A stretch of DNA of 64,000 bases. It comes from Amoebidium appalachense. Lineage: Eukaryota > Protista > Ichthyosporea. Both the position numbers and the translations under genes were made by a program. Below the pieces are notes generated by a model. It saw only the letters and a program-made list of their open reading frames with translations, made no database searches and was not told the origin of the DNA. Every line of letters starts with the position of its first letter. Positions within the stretch are counted from its first letter, which is position 1. The DNA lies in contig CAVNZM010000006.1 in assembly GCA_963693365.1 (NCBI GenBank), forward strand, positions 3,224,001 to 3,288,000, in the 5' to 3' direction. Shown here piece after piece: positions 1 through 34,052 of the stretch.

Positions 1-35
<35 letters not shown>

Positions 36-140
36 CGGGGATGGTGGAGGAGGGAAGAGATGAAGTCGTGCATCAGCTTTGTCCACCATTTAACATTGTA
101 CATACGCTTCATGTCTTGACCCCCTCCGCCCTGCAGGCAC

Positions 141-18521
<18,381 letters not shown>

Positions 18522-19536
18522 ATTTGGCAAATCATCTCACGTGGCCACCGGGTCCCTTTCTACGATGTTCTTTTAATTAATGGTGGAGGGTGTGTTTTTG
18601 GTGCTTGTGTGTGCGCGTTCATGTGCTTTCCTGGGGTTGGTAAGGGGGTTTTCACTCGTGTTTTCTGTCCCCTTCTTTTCCTTTTTGGGCTCCACTGCAA
18701 GCGCCTTCCTTGGTGCACGTGTTACACTTGGAATTGAACTTGGCAGGCATGTGAAGAGAGCTATTAAGCTTGGTGTTTCTTGCATTCATTTAGGTCGCCA
18801 CACATTTGGTTTTATTATATTGTAATGAGTTTTATTGTAATGAATAGGCAGCCTGTGCAATGGTGCAAATGTAGATCCAGCATTTTGCACCGTCCCGTGG
18901 CCCACGTGGACCCATAGAGCTGTTGAAATATCAAACCACCCCACGGTGACCCACGAGGTTACGGTAATAACACTTGTCGTTGCTCACCAGGGAAAAAAAA
19001 AAAGAAAGAAAAAAAAATTGCATCCAGATGTATGCTGCCTGCGGCTACTTTGCTGTCTGCTTTGGGAGTGGGAAAAAAAAGAATCCCAAAACCTGTGGAT
19101 TGTGAGAGACTATCAGTAAACAAAAAAGTTTAGGGGGCCAGGGCAAGAAGGGGAAAAAAAAAAGAAGAAAAAAAAAAGACCTATACACACCCCAACATGG
19201 GTTGTGATCCGTCAAATCTTCATTCTTCCCTGGTTGCAGTTTACATGCATAGGTCTAAGTGCCAAGTAGGAGCTCCAAGTAGCACCAAGTAGGGTGTCCA
19301 TTTCTCGCGGTTCAAGTCCGCCGGACTCCGCCGGACAGTGAGTCGACTTCGAAACAGAGGTTTGCGGGGAACCACCACGGCTCACACAGCAGCAAATCAC
19401 TGCCCGCCTCAGCTGATACCGTTAAATTTTTTATCCTAACCACGCGCCTATAAAAAACCCGAACGTTCAGGGAAAAAAGAAACAAACAACTTTTTTCACT
19501 CTGCAGACAGCTGTGTTCTCCGAGGCAGTTACGACG

Positions 19537-21562
19537 ATGGCGCCACCACCACCACCATTCACCCAACCTCTCACAGAGCCAGAGCTAGACAACCCATACA
19601 ATGAGTGTGAGTTTGTGCGCTTTGCTGTTCCGGATGTCCATGGACTTGCGCGTGCCAAGACTCTCTCCGCGGCTGCCATACACCCCCTCCAAGAGAGAGG
19701 AGGACTGGGTGTGTACAGTGGCATGGTGTGTATGGGCGTGAGGAGTGCCCTTGCTGAGCTGCCTGGTGTGGGTGACCGTGGTCAGCCGGATGTGATCGCC
19801 GTTCCGCAGGTAATTAAAACCAAAGGCAAGGAGTGACTTGTGGGTGTTGTTCTGTTTTCCTTCACAGATGTTCTTGTTTGGATGCCACTTGTGCACCCGA
19901 TGATGCAAAAAGGCAAAAGACTACGTGTGCTTAGAACCTGTACAACTTATGGGCATCCTTAAGTGAGTTATGGTCACATGGGTGCTTGTGCTTGCCATTG
20001 AATTGTGGACGCCCTATCGATGCGTTTTCCAGGTGGACTTATCTAGCCTGGCAACCACCTGCCAATTTGCCCTTCCTTCCTTTTGTTAGACACAATGGCG
20101 GTTGAAGACGAGTGGAAAGTGGACGGTGGTTCTTAGTAATACGAGGGAGGGAATAAGATTATACAGGGGTCGGGAACACCGCCTCAGGTTTAACCCTTTC
20201 ACCGTCTGAAATCCCCCCCCCCCCCCCCCCCCCCCCCCGCCCCCCCCCCTCCCCCCGGGTCCCCCTGTCCCCCAGCCCTTCTCCCCACGTACCCATCCAC
20301 TGACTTCACCACCTCCTCTCTGTGTTCTCTACGCTTTACCCGTTGCTCTTCTCCCCGGCCGCCGGCACCCGCCCAACACCCCCCGCCCCCTGCCCCCTGG
20401 CCCCCCCCCCCCCCCCCCCCCCCCGGCCCTTCCCCTCCCCCCGCAGCCGGGCCCCAGTCACCTTCTCCTTCTCTTTCACTTATCCTCCACGGCACCCACA
20501 AACACGAGCTCCTGTCTTCCCTCCCTCCTCTTCCCCCTCCTCCCTCCCTCCCTTTTCCACACCTCCCATTTTTACCTAACGTCCACAAAATAGCTCAACT
20601 TGCCCCAGAACCACGCATCTCCCGATAACCCACACCACTGTGTCTATTTATCACGTAATTATCATCGTAATATCTTTTCTCAACATAACCCCCCTGTCAT
20701 TAAGAAAAACCAACACAATACACACGTACCGGCAGAAAGGAACATTCAAAGAGCTTCCTTGGGCCGGATGGGACAGCAAACACGAGAAAAAGGAGCGACG
20801 GATAGGGATGGTGATATGCAACACAAAATGGAAGCCAGAGCACGGGGGGGAATGGCAGGGGGCATGCACACGTGCTGTTGCATGCAAACAGTTGAATGCA
20901 CTGAGGGAGATGGGCTATAGCCTCTACTCTGCATTGGAGTATGAGTTCAGGTTGCTGGATATGAAGTCACTAGACCCAGTCATACAAGGTTTGTTCCTTT
21001 ACAGCCCCCCTCCCCTCCCCCGTCCCCTCTCTCCCTTACAATCCCCTCCACCCCCCCCCCCCCCCCCTCCCCCACAAACCAAGCTGTCCACACATGCACA
21101 CTCTAGCTTTCCATGCCGCCACCACCCTCACCACGCCCTCCTCTCTCCTTCCCAGTTATTCTTTCCCTCACTGAATACCTCGATCTCCTTTTCCCATTCT
21201 CCGTCCCTCTCTCCCTTCCCCCCATCCCCCCTTTTTCCTGCCCCCTGCGCCCCCCCCCCCCCCCCCCCCCCCGCCCCCCCCCCCTCCGCGGAGCTACCGG
21301 GGCCCTCAAATCCAAACTGCAACTAACTAGTATTTGCCTGCTACCACAGGCCTTATTCCTCCCTCCCTCCCCCCGTCCCCCTCCCCCCTCCCCCGACACA
21401 CACACACACACACACACCACGAGTATCACCACCACAATCGCCACCGCCAAAAAAACCAACCGAAAAAAGAAAAACTTATCAGGGAATGAAAACTAGATGC
21501 CTCTCAGCAGCCCCTCAAACCCCCTTCCAACCTCCCCCCTCCCCCCTCCCCCTGCCCCCCCT

Positions 21563-21611
<49 letters not shown>

Positions 21612-22296
21612 ACACACACACAAAAGAAAAAAATACGAAAGAAAGAAAGAAAGAAAAAAAAAAAAGCCACCCACACACTCACTCCACCCACACCCACAGG
21701 GGTAGACTTCTGCGGCACACTGGCCACCAGCCAATATGATTGGTTCCTACACGATCTGATGGCCAATCTCAATTCTGTGGGTGTACAGACGGAGGCTATG
21801 AATGCGGAATATGGATCAAGTCAGTTTGAGATCACACTGGTAAGTACATGGGCAGAAAGGGGAGGGGGGGGGGGGGGGGGGGTTGGATGAGGGGAGTGGG
21901 GGTATTTAGAGGGTTGGAATGGAAGTGGTGACATATAAGACCCCAAAGTATATTTAAAAAATATAATAACAGAAAGGAAGAAAATGTGCAAACAAGGGAC
22001 AAATGGGGGGAGGAGTTGGGTTTGGGTTTGGGGGGGGGGGGGGGGGGGAGTGGGTTTGTAATCGGAGGCTAGGTGGGGTAGGTGGTTGGAAACAGGTTGG
22101 AAGAGGGGGGGTGGGGGGTGAATAATGGATGATGTGAGGGTAGTCAACCCCCCTCTTTGCTCCCCCCCCCCCCCCCCCCCCCAAAAGCCCTGACCAGCCC
22201 TGCCCTGCCCACATGTTGATCGTTTCGAGGCTTTTAAACATGGAGCTATCCCCCCCCCACCCCTCTCTTCTCCGCTCTCTCTTTTGTCACACACAC

Positions 22297-22377
<81 letters not shown>

Positions 22378-22380
22378 CCT

Positions 22381-22425
<45 letters not shown>

Positions 22426-23713
22426 ACCCTCCCTCCCTCCCTCCCTCCCTCTCGCCCTCCCTCCCTCCCCCCATCCTCTCCTCAATTTGGGGTCTCTCTC
22501 ACTCACTCCCCCTCTCTCCCTCCCTCCCTCCCTCCCACCCTCCTACCCTCCTTCCCTCCCTCCCTCCCTCCCTCCCTCCCTCCCCCCTGCCCCCCTCCCC
22601 TTCCTCCCTCCATCCCCTCCCCCTTCCCTCCCTCCCTCCCCCCTCTTCCGCAAAGTCCACACATACTGTCTGACATAACCGCTCCCATCCACCACCCAGG
22701 AGCCAGCATATGGGCTGGAGGCAGCCGACCGAGCCTTTGTGTACAAAAATGGCATCAAAGAAATGGCCCAGCAGAGGGGGTTCGTGGCCTCATTTATGAC
22801 TAAGCCATACCTTAATGAAACGGGTAATTCCGGCCACTACAACCACAGCCTGCTGGACAAAGACGGAAATTCGGTGTTTTTCGACCCGCAGACGGGGGGT
22901 CTTAGCCAAATTGCACGGTATTGGATAGGGGGGCTCATTCAGCATTCGCCTGCAATTACGGCCCTGTGTGCCCCAACAGTCAACTGCTATAGGCGCCTGC
23001 ACAGTCCATGGGCCCCAACGGTCGGAAATTGGGGCAATGAGTACAGATATGGGTCATTCAGGTAGGGGGAAAATCAATGTGTGGGGGAGGTTTTCTGTGT
23101 CATGTTGTGATTTCTCGCTGTTTTGTGCATGTTGCAAAGGGTTTTGGAGGTGTGGGGGTAAAGGAGTAAAGGAATATGTAGTGTGTATAGATGGATTTTT
23201 TGAGAGAAGGGTGTATAAGTTGCCGTTGTCGTTGAATAGGCTCCGGACTAGCAGCGGGGGAGGGTGGAAGGGGGGGGGGGGAGGGGAGGGGGGGGGGGGG
23301 GGGGGGCTGAGAGACAGATAGCGGAGGTTTAGGGATTTTGTTTTGGACCATTTTCGTGTGGTTGTGGGTGAGTGGCTGACCAAATGCACATACTCTGCAC
23401 AACGGCTTTATTCATCATATCTACTGACGCATTCAAGACACAAACAATGCACGTGTTCGGTTTTTTTTTTTTAACCTCTGTAACTGACGTCTCCATACCT
23501 GTTAACCCTCCCTCGATCCCGTCCCCCCTCTCCCTTCACAACCCTCACCTCCCCTCCCCCCCTTCCCCCCCCCCTCCCCCCCCCCCCCCCCCCCCGCGCG
23601 TGGACAACCACCACCACCATCAAATGCACACCCTCCCGCCACCAAACCGTGGGGCACACCAGACACACACGTGCATAACCACACCTGCACCGACCCGCAC
23701 ATGCATCCATACG

Positions 23714-23748
<35 letters not shown>

Positions 23749-24125
23749 ACACGTACACGCACACACACAGGTACAAGGTGAGCCCAGAGGGAAAGAGCGC
23801 CTACTTTGAAAACCGCATCGGTGGAAGCGGCGCCAACCCATATTTAGTTATGGCTGCAACCGTCGCTGCCGGAGTTTCAGGAATAAAAAATAAGATTGAG
23901 CCCCCTCCAGAATTCGGCACAGAGGGGATACCTTTACCAAAAAACCTCTCGGAGGCGCTGGCCGCGTTGGAGTGGGATGACGTCATCAGGGGGGCTCTTG
24001 GGGAGGAATTTGTGAAATGGTTTGTGATTGTAAAGAGGATGGAAATCAACGAGGTTGTGAAGGATCAAATGTCACCGAACTCGCAGATGGTGGAGGAGAG
24101 GAAATACTTCCTTCGGCACTTGTAA
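19537..24125 (+). CDS. Glutamine synthetase type I-like / lengsin-like gamma-glutamyl ligase (~460 aa)
   Basis: Exons 19537-19809, 20736-20988, 21700-21839, 22700-23061, 23771-24125 (all GT-AG, 1383 nt). Motifs FVRFAVPDVHGLARAK, LEYEFRL, NAEYGSSQFEI, FMTKPY..GNSGHYNHSL, PTVNCYRRL, FENRIGGSGANPYL. Confidence 0.92.
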
Positions 24126-24485
24126 CACACACACACACACACATCAATTACCACGCTTTTATCAATTACCACGCTTTTACTGTACACGTGCTATACAGTG
24201 GAGATCTAATAAGTATGAGGTGGCATCATTTGCATGCCCAAACAACACACACACACACCAGTTTAACCGGTCATGTATCGCCAAATGTAGTTTGATAGAC
24301 CACATAATACCGCAACACACACACGTCACATTCACAACAGACACCCAGAAAGATAGCCTACCTGTAAATTACAACATCCTTGATTTTATACTAAACACGC
24401 GTAACTACGACCTGTTTATTAGATGTATTGATTGGCTTGAGAAACACATCACTACAAAATTCTAGCGCACGCGCACACACACACA

Positions 24486-24530
<45 letters not shown>

Positions 24531-24561
24531 CCAGCTGATACCGAGTGAACCAGGGGAGCCC

Positions 24562-24605
<44 letters not shown>

Positions 24606-25856
24606 GGGGAACCCCAACTAATTGATTTCTCCTTGTAGTCTTTATGGTGTCTCGTAGAGAAAGTAAACCCTGATATATAGTCATCACCGGACATCTATGT
24701 ACGTGATCATGATATACCGCTGAGGGGATATTCCGAGCAAAACCCCCCCCATACCTGAGACTGGTTTCTCTTTGCCTCGAGTAAACAGCGTAAACCCCAC
24801 ACACACTTGCACACACCAGATACCTTATGCAGACACACAGCTTGTGTCACCCCTCTCAACCCTATCGTGGTAGGCTTTTTTGCCCAATCTGCTGTGAGAG
24901 AGCAACAGTTGTTTTAGCAGGTAAATAGTTGTAATCGCACGTAAAATGTACATCGTGAGCTTGTCATGTATATTAAATTGTCGTAACCAATGATATGAAT
25001 TTTTCGTGCTGTGTCGTGTTCTATGTATGGGTACATTGGCAGCACGAGGGGTGGGTGGCGCGATTTGCATTGATAGATGCGAAACCTCCCGGCTATGCAT
25101 GTGGGAAGCAAACAATCATCACAATGACGGGTATCATATGTATGTGCGTGTACTACGGTAGTCTAATGTATGCATAAAATATTTCATAACTATTTCTGTT
25201 TGAAGACACAACAAAAAGCATTGGTATGCATGTATAACGGCATCTTTCTTAAAGGGTTTATTACTGCCAGTACAAAGCACTTGTTGAAAAGCACTTGTTA
25301 CAATTGAACATTGCTGTGTTAATTGGTGGTCGAATAAAGCACCTGGTATGCAAAGGTACCCGCAGGCCGTGGTGCTCTTCCCAAGAGCTCTCCCGTGGTC
25401 GAACAACCGGTACATAACTCTAACGTGAAGCGGAAGTTGTGCCCTTTTCATTTTTCCCTTTGCCATTCAATTGCAATCTTGTAAAGGTAATGAGTGAGGT
25501 ACCGGTGGCGGTGATGTGTGTGTGCGGTGTGCGTACGCGTGCGTGTGTGTTGAAGAGGGGGGGGGAGGGGGGGGGAGGGGGGGGGGGGGGGCTGATGTAC
25601 CACGTGCACTACACCACTACGAAACTTCAGGGAGAGGAGGAAGAGAGTTGACAAACCGCGTTGAAAGTCTTTGGTGCAAAGATCAACACCTTCCCCCGCA
25701 AAAAACTACCCACCACCTGCGGGCCCACCATCATCACCACCCCTACCACCCTAATATGCATGGTGCGGTGTACATGCACATGTGTAAAAGCACCCGCCCT
25801 TGAGGCAGATACCTAAGGTCTAACACACCGATGTGTGCACATACACTGTCAGGTTT

Positions 25857-25900
<44 letters not shown>

Positions 25901-26531
25901 ACGCACGAACACACACTGTCATCCACACATACATCCACACACAGGCACGCAAATACACGAAAACTTTCTCGACCGTGCATACACAGAAAACATGTGTAGA
26001 ACTGTATGTATGTTCGTATATATACCACACGCATCCTTCAGATCCATCGATTCACACGCACACAAATAGCTACTAAGTGATGCACTGTGTTACCAGGTCT
26101 GATAGCATGAGAGCACCATTACTATTTTTGTCTAATACATAGTCTAGCGCACGGATTCTGAGTACCAACCCCCCTCCCCCCCCCCCCCCCCCCCCCCCAC
26201 ACCACCACCACCCCCCGCCCTTTATTTTTGCTCGGGGAGGGAGGGAGGAGGCTTCAAAGGAGGGGGGGGGGGGGGGGTTCAGTTCAACTTGGGCTTCTTG
26301 ATGGCCTAAGGCTATGGTTAGTCAGACTAGTTTAGTCTAAGTCACGCTTCAGACTTCAAGTCCGATATGCACCCCACATTTATATAATTAGATTCTAAGC
26401 CGAATACAAATACAATACATCATAAATGTGTTTGTGTTACATACATTAAAAACACCCTAGATACAAAAAACTTAAGAAATACAAATTCAGGTACACGACA
26501 GTGCATGATTTGCAGCCACACTGTGACGTCA

Positions 26532-27575
26532 TTATTCATCCAGATCTGGCAGCTGCAAGTCGTCACCATGGTCTATGACGTCATCCACCGTCAGGTGGTC
26601 GGAATTACCCAGCCCACAGCCTGCTGCTGTATTATCGGACACAGGTTGGGCCCCCAATTCGATCGCATGCTGCTCTGCTAACGCAGCACACTTGGGAAAA
26701 AAACAAAGGCACGGAAAAGGTTAGAATCTAAAATCTTATGATCAAATTACAAACTCTTGAGGTGATGGAAGGGCAGTAGCTCAAATGTAATCTAGAATGG
26801 TTGTATCGATGTGGATATGTGCTATGGTGAGCAACACAGACTTTTCTAGATCAACCCAGTAAGCAAAAAGTAGCAGCCGCCATGGTTCTAGTATTATTTT
26901 GTGGTGTCCGTAGGAGTGAATCCGAGTGGCTGAACACGATTGGAAAACGACGAAAACTAGGTAAAACAGTGGAAAGCTGTGTTAGAATCTAGTGTAGCAC
27001 CCACACATATAGAAAGTAATTCGCAAAATAGAAGAGAAAGGAATGGGTTACTTCCATCGTGATGATTCAAACAGTATCACATATCATGTTAGCGGGATCC
27101 TAGAAAAGAAACGAAGTGAGGACAAAGAAGGAATTGGGGGTGTGTGGTTTTTATTTTCAAAGTACCTGCTGTGGTGCTTTCGTGTGTGGTTGTGCGTCTT
27201 ATTACACGCGGGCCCGTGTGTATGTGTGTGTGTGTGAGCGTGCGTGTGTGCCGGTGCATGGGTGTGTGCATATGGATGTGTGTGTTTCCATATATGTATA
27301 CGGAGGAGATGTGGCAGGCAGAGGAGGGGGAGGAAGAGAAAGGGGAAAAGAAGGAGAGCGGGGGGGGGGGGGGGGGGGGGGGATGTATGCGTTAGAGGGT
27401 TGGAAATATGGAGGAAACAACAAAGTGCAACAACAAAGCGTCACAAAGGTGGGAAATCCAAAATCAAACAATTTAAGCATGCAGGCAGAAGACACTTGAA
27501 CAGAGCCCACCATCAGGGGGGTTCCTATGGGGGGGGGGGGGGGGGGGGAAGAGGGGGGAGAGGGGAAGAGGAGGA

Positions 27576-27616
<41 letters not shown>

Positions 27617-29680
27617 GTTGCATTGATAATAGTGTCTTACCTGAGCCTGCAATGCCGTTAGCAAGTGGCCCATAGCTACTGCTGTTGTTCGCCTCTGCAG
27701 GGCTGCAGCCTGGGCCTGTGACGTCAGCTCCCTGGTCACCTGCTGACGTGTCTCACTCACTGCCTGCTGCACTAGACGCTGACTGTCCTCCCGTGCTTCC
27801 TATAAAAATAAAAAAATAAAAAGAAATTGGTGTTTAAGTTTTGGAGGTGAAGTTAAAAATACGAATGTGTGAAGGATTAAATTAAGTCGCACAATAAAGT
27901 CAGTCACATTATTTGTTTTATTTACGCTAACTGTCTTCCCGTTATCCCTGTGAAAAAACAAACAAACACAAACGGAGCCTTTGTTATGTCGTAAATACGC
28001 GGTAGAAACCAAGAACGCAGGAATGATTGAAAGTTTAAGTAACATAAAGTCGTTCACATCATATTTTTTTTTTAATTTAACTCCCAACCACCAATCCCCC
28101 TCCCCGAACATACGAGCTCTACACGTTGCCTTACCATATCAGTCTTACTGCCCATCATTTCACCCACCACCCACGGTTAATACGTTCATAAACACAGACG
28201 AGAACCCACCGTTTTAGCATATGCACATCAAACAACGGCACATACACAGTTAAACAGAGAAAACGGAGAAGATAGAGTGTTTTTTTTTTTTTTCTTTGGG
28301 GGGGGGGGGGGGGGGGGGGGGGGGCAAGGGGAAGGGTTGTGCAAACAGACATCCGTTTAAGCTTGCGTGTGTTTATGATTATGGTTTCTAACATACATCC
28401 AGATATGCGGAACCACCCATACACCCACACCTACACCCACACCCACAAGTCACAACAGAACAACACATATTTAGGGTCTTCGACTCTCCTTTACATAACA
28501 TTTACCGGCATCTCTATTACAACATGCCTACATCAAAATGCACTAGCTTCCACACACACCTAACACGCATAATATGTCTTTTACAGATATCTATATTGCT
28601 GTTCCAACCACTTGTACAATATTTTTGCAATCCTCTAGCAACCAAGCAACCTTCATAACTCCATCAATATCTTATATATAGCAACAACACTTTCTTATGT
28701 AAGATTTTTCTTAACTTGCTGAACATAACCTCCACAATATCTCATCTGAGAGTTCTTTTTTACTTACCTCAATTGCTTTTCTGGCATCTTCCAGCAGTGT
28801 CTGTGTGTGTTCTTGCTCAGCCACAAACATGGATTCGCTTCTCGTTCTTTCCTCCTCCAGTGCAGTTGCTATGTGCTTGGCTGCAGCAAAAGAAAAAAAA
28901 ATCAGCAACGGGCTGGGGGGGGGGGGGGGGGGGAAACCATCCCTACGAAATTGAGTATGCTTACCCCCTCCCCCCCCCCCCCCCCCCCCCCCCCACCACC
29001 ACCACCCACCCACCCACAAAAAAAAAAGGGAAAGAAAGAAAGAATTGAAAACGAGAAAAAGAAATGAGGACGGGCGGGCTCACCATATTGGTGTCACTTT
29101 CATCAACAGCCATCGGTATAGCGTCACAGCTGTACATTACAACTTTTAAAAGAATTCATCCGATTACAAAATCAAATCAAACAACAACAAAAAAAACAAA
29201 CAAACAAACCAAAAAAAAAAAAACCGACAAATCTGAAGCCCCAAGAGCAACCTAACACATTATCCCATCCAGTATCCATCCTTCCAACCACACCAACACC
29301 ATAAACACCCACCCAGTTTCCACCACTTCAATCACAAACACAAACACCCCACCCACTTTAACCATTTCAATCACAAACACAAACATAAACACCCACCCAG
29401 TTTCCACCCTTTCAATCACAAACACAAACATAAACACCCCACCCAGTATCCACCATTTCAATCACTAACACAAACACAAACACCCACCCAATATTCACCA
29501 TTTCAATCACAAACACAAACAAACACCCACCCACCTGCCAATTCTTTCTGTTCCTCCAACACCGCCTTCCATTTTTCAGCCGCTGTCTCCTGTGCCTCAT
29601 TGCATCGTTTTGTGATTTCTTCCTTGCTCTCTGCACAGTTTGTTAGTCTCTGACGTGCAAGAGTACCTCCAACCACCTAT

Positions 29681-29730
<50 letters not shown>

Positions 29731-29980
29731 ACCACCACCACCACCACCCACCCACACACACACCCAATCATCCCCCCCCGCTCCACCTCCCCCCCCAAAC
29801 ACAAACCTTCCACACACACACTCACACCCCTTCCAACCCCCCACAACAACCAAACAAGAGGTTGAAAAGAGAATAAAGTGTGTCCCCCTTTTCCCCATCC
29901 CCACAAATTCATTCCCTTGCCGTGCGCCCATTTATATGCTCATCCTACAACACCAACCAACCTCAGAGGCCCTGATATCA

Positions 29981-30012
<32 letters not shown>

Positions 30013-30400
30013 ACCCAATAAAATGAAATAAAAAAATAAAAAAATGGTAATAAAATAAGCCGCCACCACCCCTTTCACCCTAGCTCTTTCTCTTGTAGCT
30101 TGTAACTCTTCCCCTTGATCACGTATTTCATACTTCGCTTATTCGTTTGTCGTGGTAGTTGTAGTGGGTAGGAAACTGGGGATGGGAATGGATCAGGCTG
30201 GCTGCAGTGGCACCTTTTTCGTTTTTCGTGCTTTCTTTCAATTTCCTTTCGTTTCATTCTTCTTCTTTTCCTCCTATTTCCATTCTCCCCCCCCCCCCCC
30301 CCCCTCTCTCTCTCTCTTGGATGGGCGGAAAGGAGAAGGGAGAGGAAGGAGAGTTTCTTTTTTTCTTTTTTCTTTCTTTCTTTATTTTATTTTATTTTAT

Positions 30401-30435
<35 letters not shown>

Positions 30436-31055
30436 GGGGGGGGGGGGGGCAATGCACACCATCCACTGCACGCTGAGCGGCTGCAGCCAAAGCCTCCTCA
30501 AACCTCAGCTGCTGGCTGCTGATAAATGCCTCCCCCCTGGTTGATAGCTCCGATTGCTGCTGCTCTGACGCCTGTGCACACAGTATCACTTGAAAAACCA
30601 TATCTATTATATGCACAATATGCAACTAGAAACTATGGATGTTAACCCCCCCCCCCCCCCCCCCCCCCCCCAAACACACACCTGCCCAGCCCACCCCAAC
30701 CTACACACACAGACATACCAGTCTCCTCCTCCCTCCCTCCCCCCCCCCCCCCCCCCCCCCCCAACAAAAAAAAAAAAAAGGTTTATTTCTTTAACCTCCT
30801 GTAACAATGACCGCTCACCAATCACCCATGTTTACCTGTGGGGATGGCACATATCGAAGCACACACGCTGCACACACGCTCAAGTAGACACTTATTCATG
30901 GGCACACCAATCGCATGCACACAAATATGCATAAAAACACATGCACGCAAACACAAAAAACACCGAAACAACCGGGCATATATGCACGGGTAACACACAA
31001 GCACGAACGCACACCCACCCACCCAGCCACCCCGGGTGTGACCCATTCATCCACC

Positions 31056-31086
<31 letters not shown>

Positions 31087-31973
31087 AAAAAAACCCCACC
31101 CACCCACCTTGTCTGCCCTTGTAACCGCTGCATCGAGTGCATCTGCAAATTGCTGGTGCATTCTTGTTTTTTCTTTCTCCAACATCTCTTCAAGCTGCAA
31201 GTCTCTGTGTCAGCATCATATTTTTGTGGTTTTCTATGCATTAAGCAAGCACATAATCGTTTGGTACATACATTCCCCCTCCCCCATCCCCTCTCTTCCC
31301 CATTCCCCTCCCCTCCCGGTCCTCCCCCTTTTTCTCCCCCATCACCCACCTCCATTCCGTATTCCACTACGCTCCATTCAGTTCCAGGACAATGAAAGGA
31401 TAAGAACACACAAAAGACCAACCAGTTAGGCGGGGTGCCCTCCTCCAAACCCCCCCCCCCCCCCCCCCCGCCCGCCCCTCCTCCACCCCCCCCCCCCCCC
31501 CGGCCTCCCCCTCCGCCCCCCCCCCTCCCCCCCCCCCCCCCCCCCGGTCCGCCCCACCCCACCCCATGCTCGCCACCACCACCAGCCAGAGAGCCACCCC
31601 TCCCCACTCTCCCTACACACACACACAAAAACACTGTTCTCCAATGCTCCATTTCATATCTCCCCCCCCCCCCCCCCCCCCCCCCCCCCGGCGCCCCCCT
31701 CCCACCCCTTCATTTCTTCGCCCACTCCTCGTCTTCGTGTCTGTCCACAGGTGTTCCCCTCTAACCAGCAATATCGCACAGCTTCATTTCCTGCCCAACC
31801 CCTCGCCAACCCTTCCTTACTCCATTTGTACATTCTCTTTACCCCCCCCCCCTCCCCCCCCCCTCTTCCCCCCTTCCCCTTCCCCCCCACCCACCGCACC
31901 CACACACTATTATTACTGTCTACAGTTCACATCCTCATACTTCAGTGTACATCCACCAATCCTAACCCCCTCT

Positions 31974-32036
<63 letters not shown>

Positions 32037-32417
32037 ATTCCTTTACACACCTGCTTTGCCACCCCCTCCTTTAACTTTTCCATCTCAGCAGCCGCCACCT
32101 TCTGTGCCTCATCCAGCTCCGCCTTATGTCTTAACCTCTCGTCCTCCAGCGCTTTCTTTAATGTTTGCTCTGCCCGTTGCTGTTGCTGCTCCAATAGACT
32201 TATGCTGCGCTCACGTTCCTCAATCATCGCCTGACGGATGAACTCGACACCACGCTCTGAGGTAAAAAGTGTGAGGGATGGTGGTAGTGGAATGGTGGGG
32301 AGGGGGGATGCTGGAGGGCGAGGGGAGGATGAGGGGGGAGGGAGGGAGGGGGGAACGAAGGGGGAGGGGGAGGTGATGTATGCATTACAGGGTTGGAAAT
32401 ATGAAAGGACAAAACAT

Positions 32418-32504
<87 letters not shown>

Positions 32505-33501
32505 CAGGCGCGCGCACCCACACACCCCCACCACCACCCACCCACCCACCCACCCACACACACCCCCTCCCCCCCCCCCCCCCACACACACACACGCACA
32601 CACGCACACACGCACACACACACACGCACAGACCCACCCATACACATATGCCCACACCACCCCCACCCACCCACCCACACACACACAGACACACACACAC
32701 ACACACACACACACACGTACACACACACCTCTCTCCTCGGCCAATATCTGCAGGATCTGCTGCCTGTGCTCGTTGACCACTATGGCCATCGTGTCCTGCC
32801 CAACCTTGCGCAGTGCACTCATCTCCCTGCACGTGCATGAAGCGTCAGATCATTAACTGCACGTGCATGCATTTAAAAATGCGTAGTGAAATGTCTGTGC
32901 ATGCACTTCAGTATACCTTACAATGTGTGCGTGCATGGATTTCAAAATAAGTAATGAAATGTGTGTGCAATGCAACGTGCATGCATTTCAAACACGTAAT
33001 GAAATGTGTGTGCATGCACTTCAATATACCTTATAATGTGCGTGTGCATGCACTCAAAATACGTATCGCCGTGAGTGCAGGCACTTCAAAAATAAATTGC
33101 AATGCGCACGTGCATGCATCTCAAAATACGTAATGAAGTATGTGTGCATGCACTTCGATATACCTTGCAATGTGCACGTGCATATGTATTGGTGACACGC
33201 GCATATTCTCTTATTATCATCTAATCCGTCCTTACACCCAACACTTCACCTCTACATCAACCGTTCCCCTTCACTCCTCTTTCCCGCTCACGCACCAGGA
33301 TCCCCCCCCCCCCCCCCCTTCCCCCCCCCCCCCCCCCCCGGGCCAACCCCCGTCCCCCTCCACCCCCTCCACACACTCCACCCCCCAAAAAAACCCAGGG
33401 AAAATAAATGAGGGGAAAGAAAAGAAACGGCAAGAAAACAAAAAAACACCCGCTCAAGCACCAGCATCCCCCCGTCCCCCCCCCCCCCCCCCCCCAAAAA
33501 A

Positions 33502-33533
<32 letters not shown>

Positions 33534-33600
33534 ATAAGAAGAAGAAAAAAAAAGGGAAAAGAAACGAAAAGAAAAGAAAAAGGGGGAAAAAGGGAGAGAG

Positions 33601-33637
<37 letters not shown>

Positions 33638-33803
33638 CACACACACACACCACCACCACCACCACCGTCACAAAGGAAATAAGAAGAAATAAGAAAGAAA
33701 AACTCCAGGGGGGTTTTCCAAAACCGATTTGTAATATCCCCCCCCCCACCCCTCCCCCCTCCCCCCCTCCCCCCCCCCACACACACACACCACTACCACC
33801 ACC

Positions 33804-33843
<40 letters not shown>

Positions 33844-34009
33844 GTGACAGGGCACACATTCAACCTATTAGCAGAGATGTGTTCGAAAAAAACGGTGAGC
33901 ATGGGTTAAAAAACAACCCTTCTCACCCGCCTTGCACATTTCCTTGCCGTGTATAGAGGTACGTGTGTGGAGCGGTTGAGATGTGTGGGGTCTGTACGTG
34001 TATCCCCCC

Positions 34010-34052
<43 letters not shown>

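Noticed and set aside
19268-19332. tRNA-like T-arm GCGGTTCAAGTCCGC
   Set aside because: No convincing D arm, anticodon arm or full acceptor stem.
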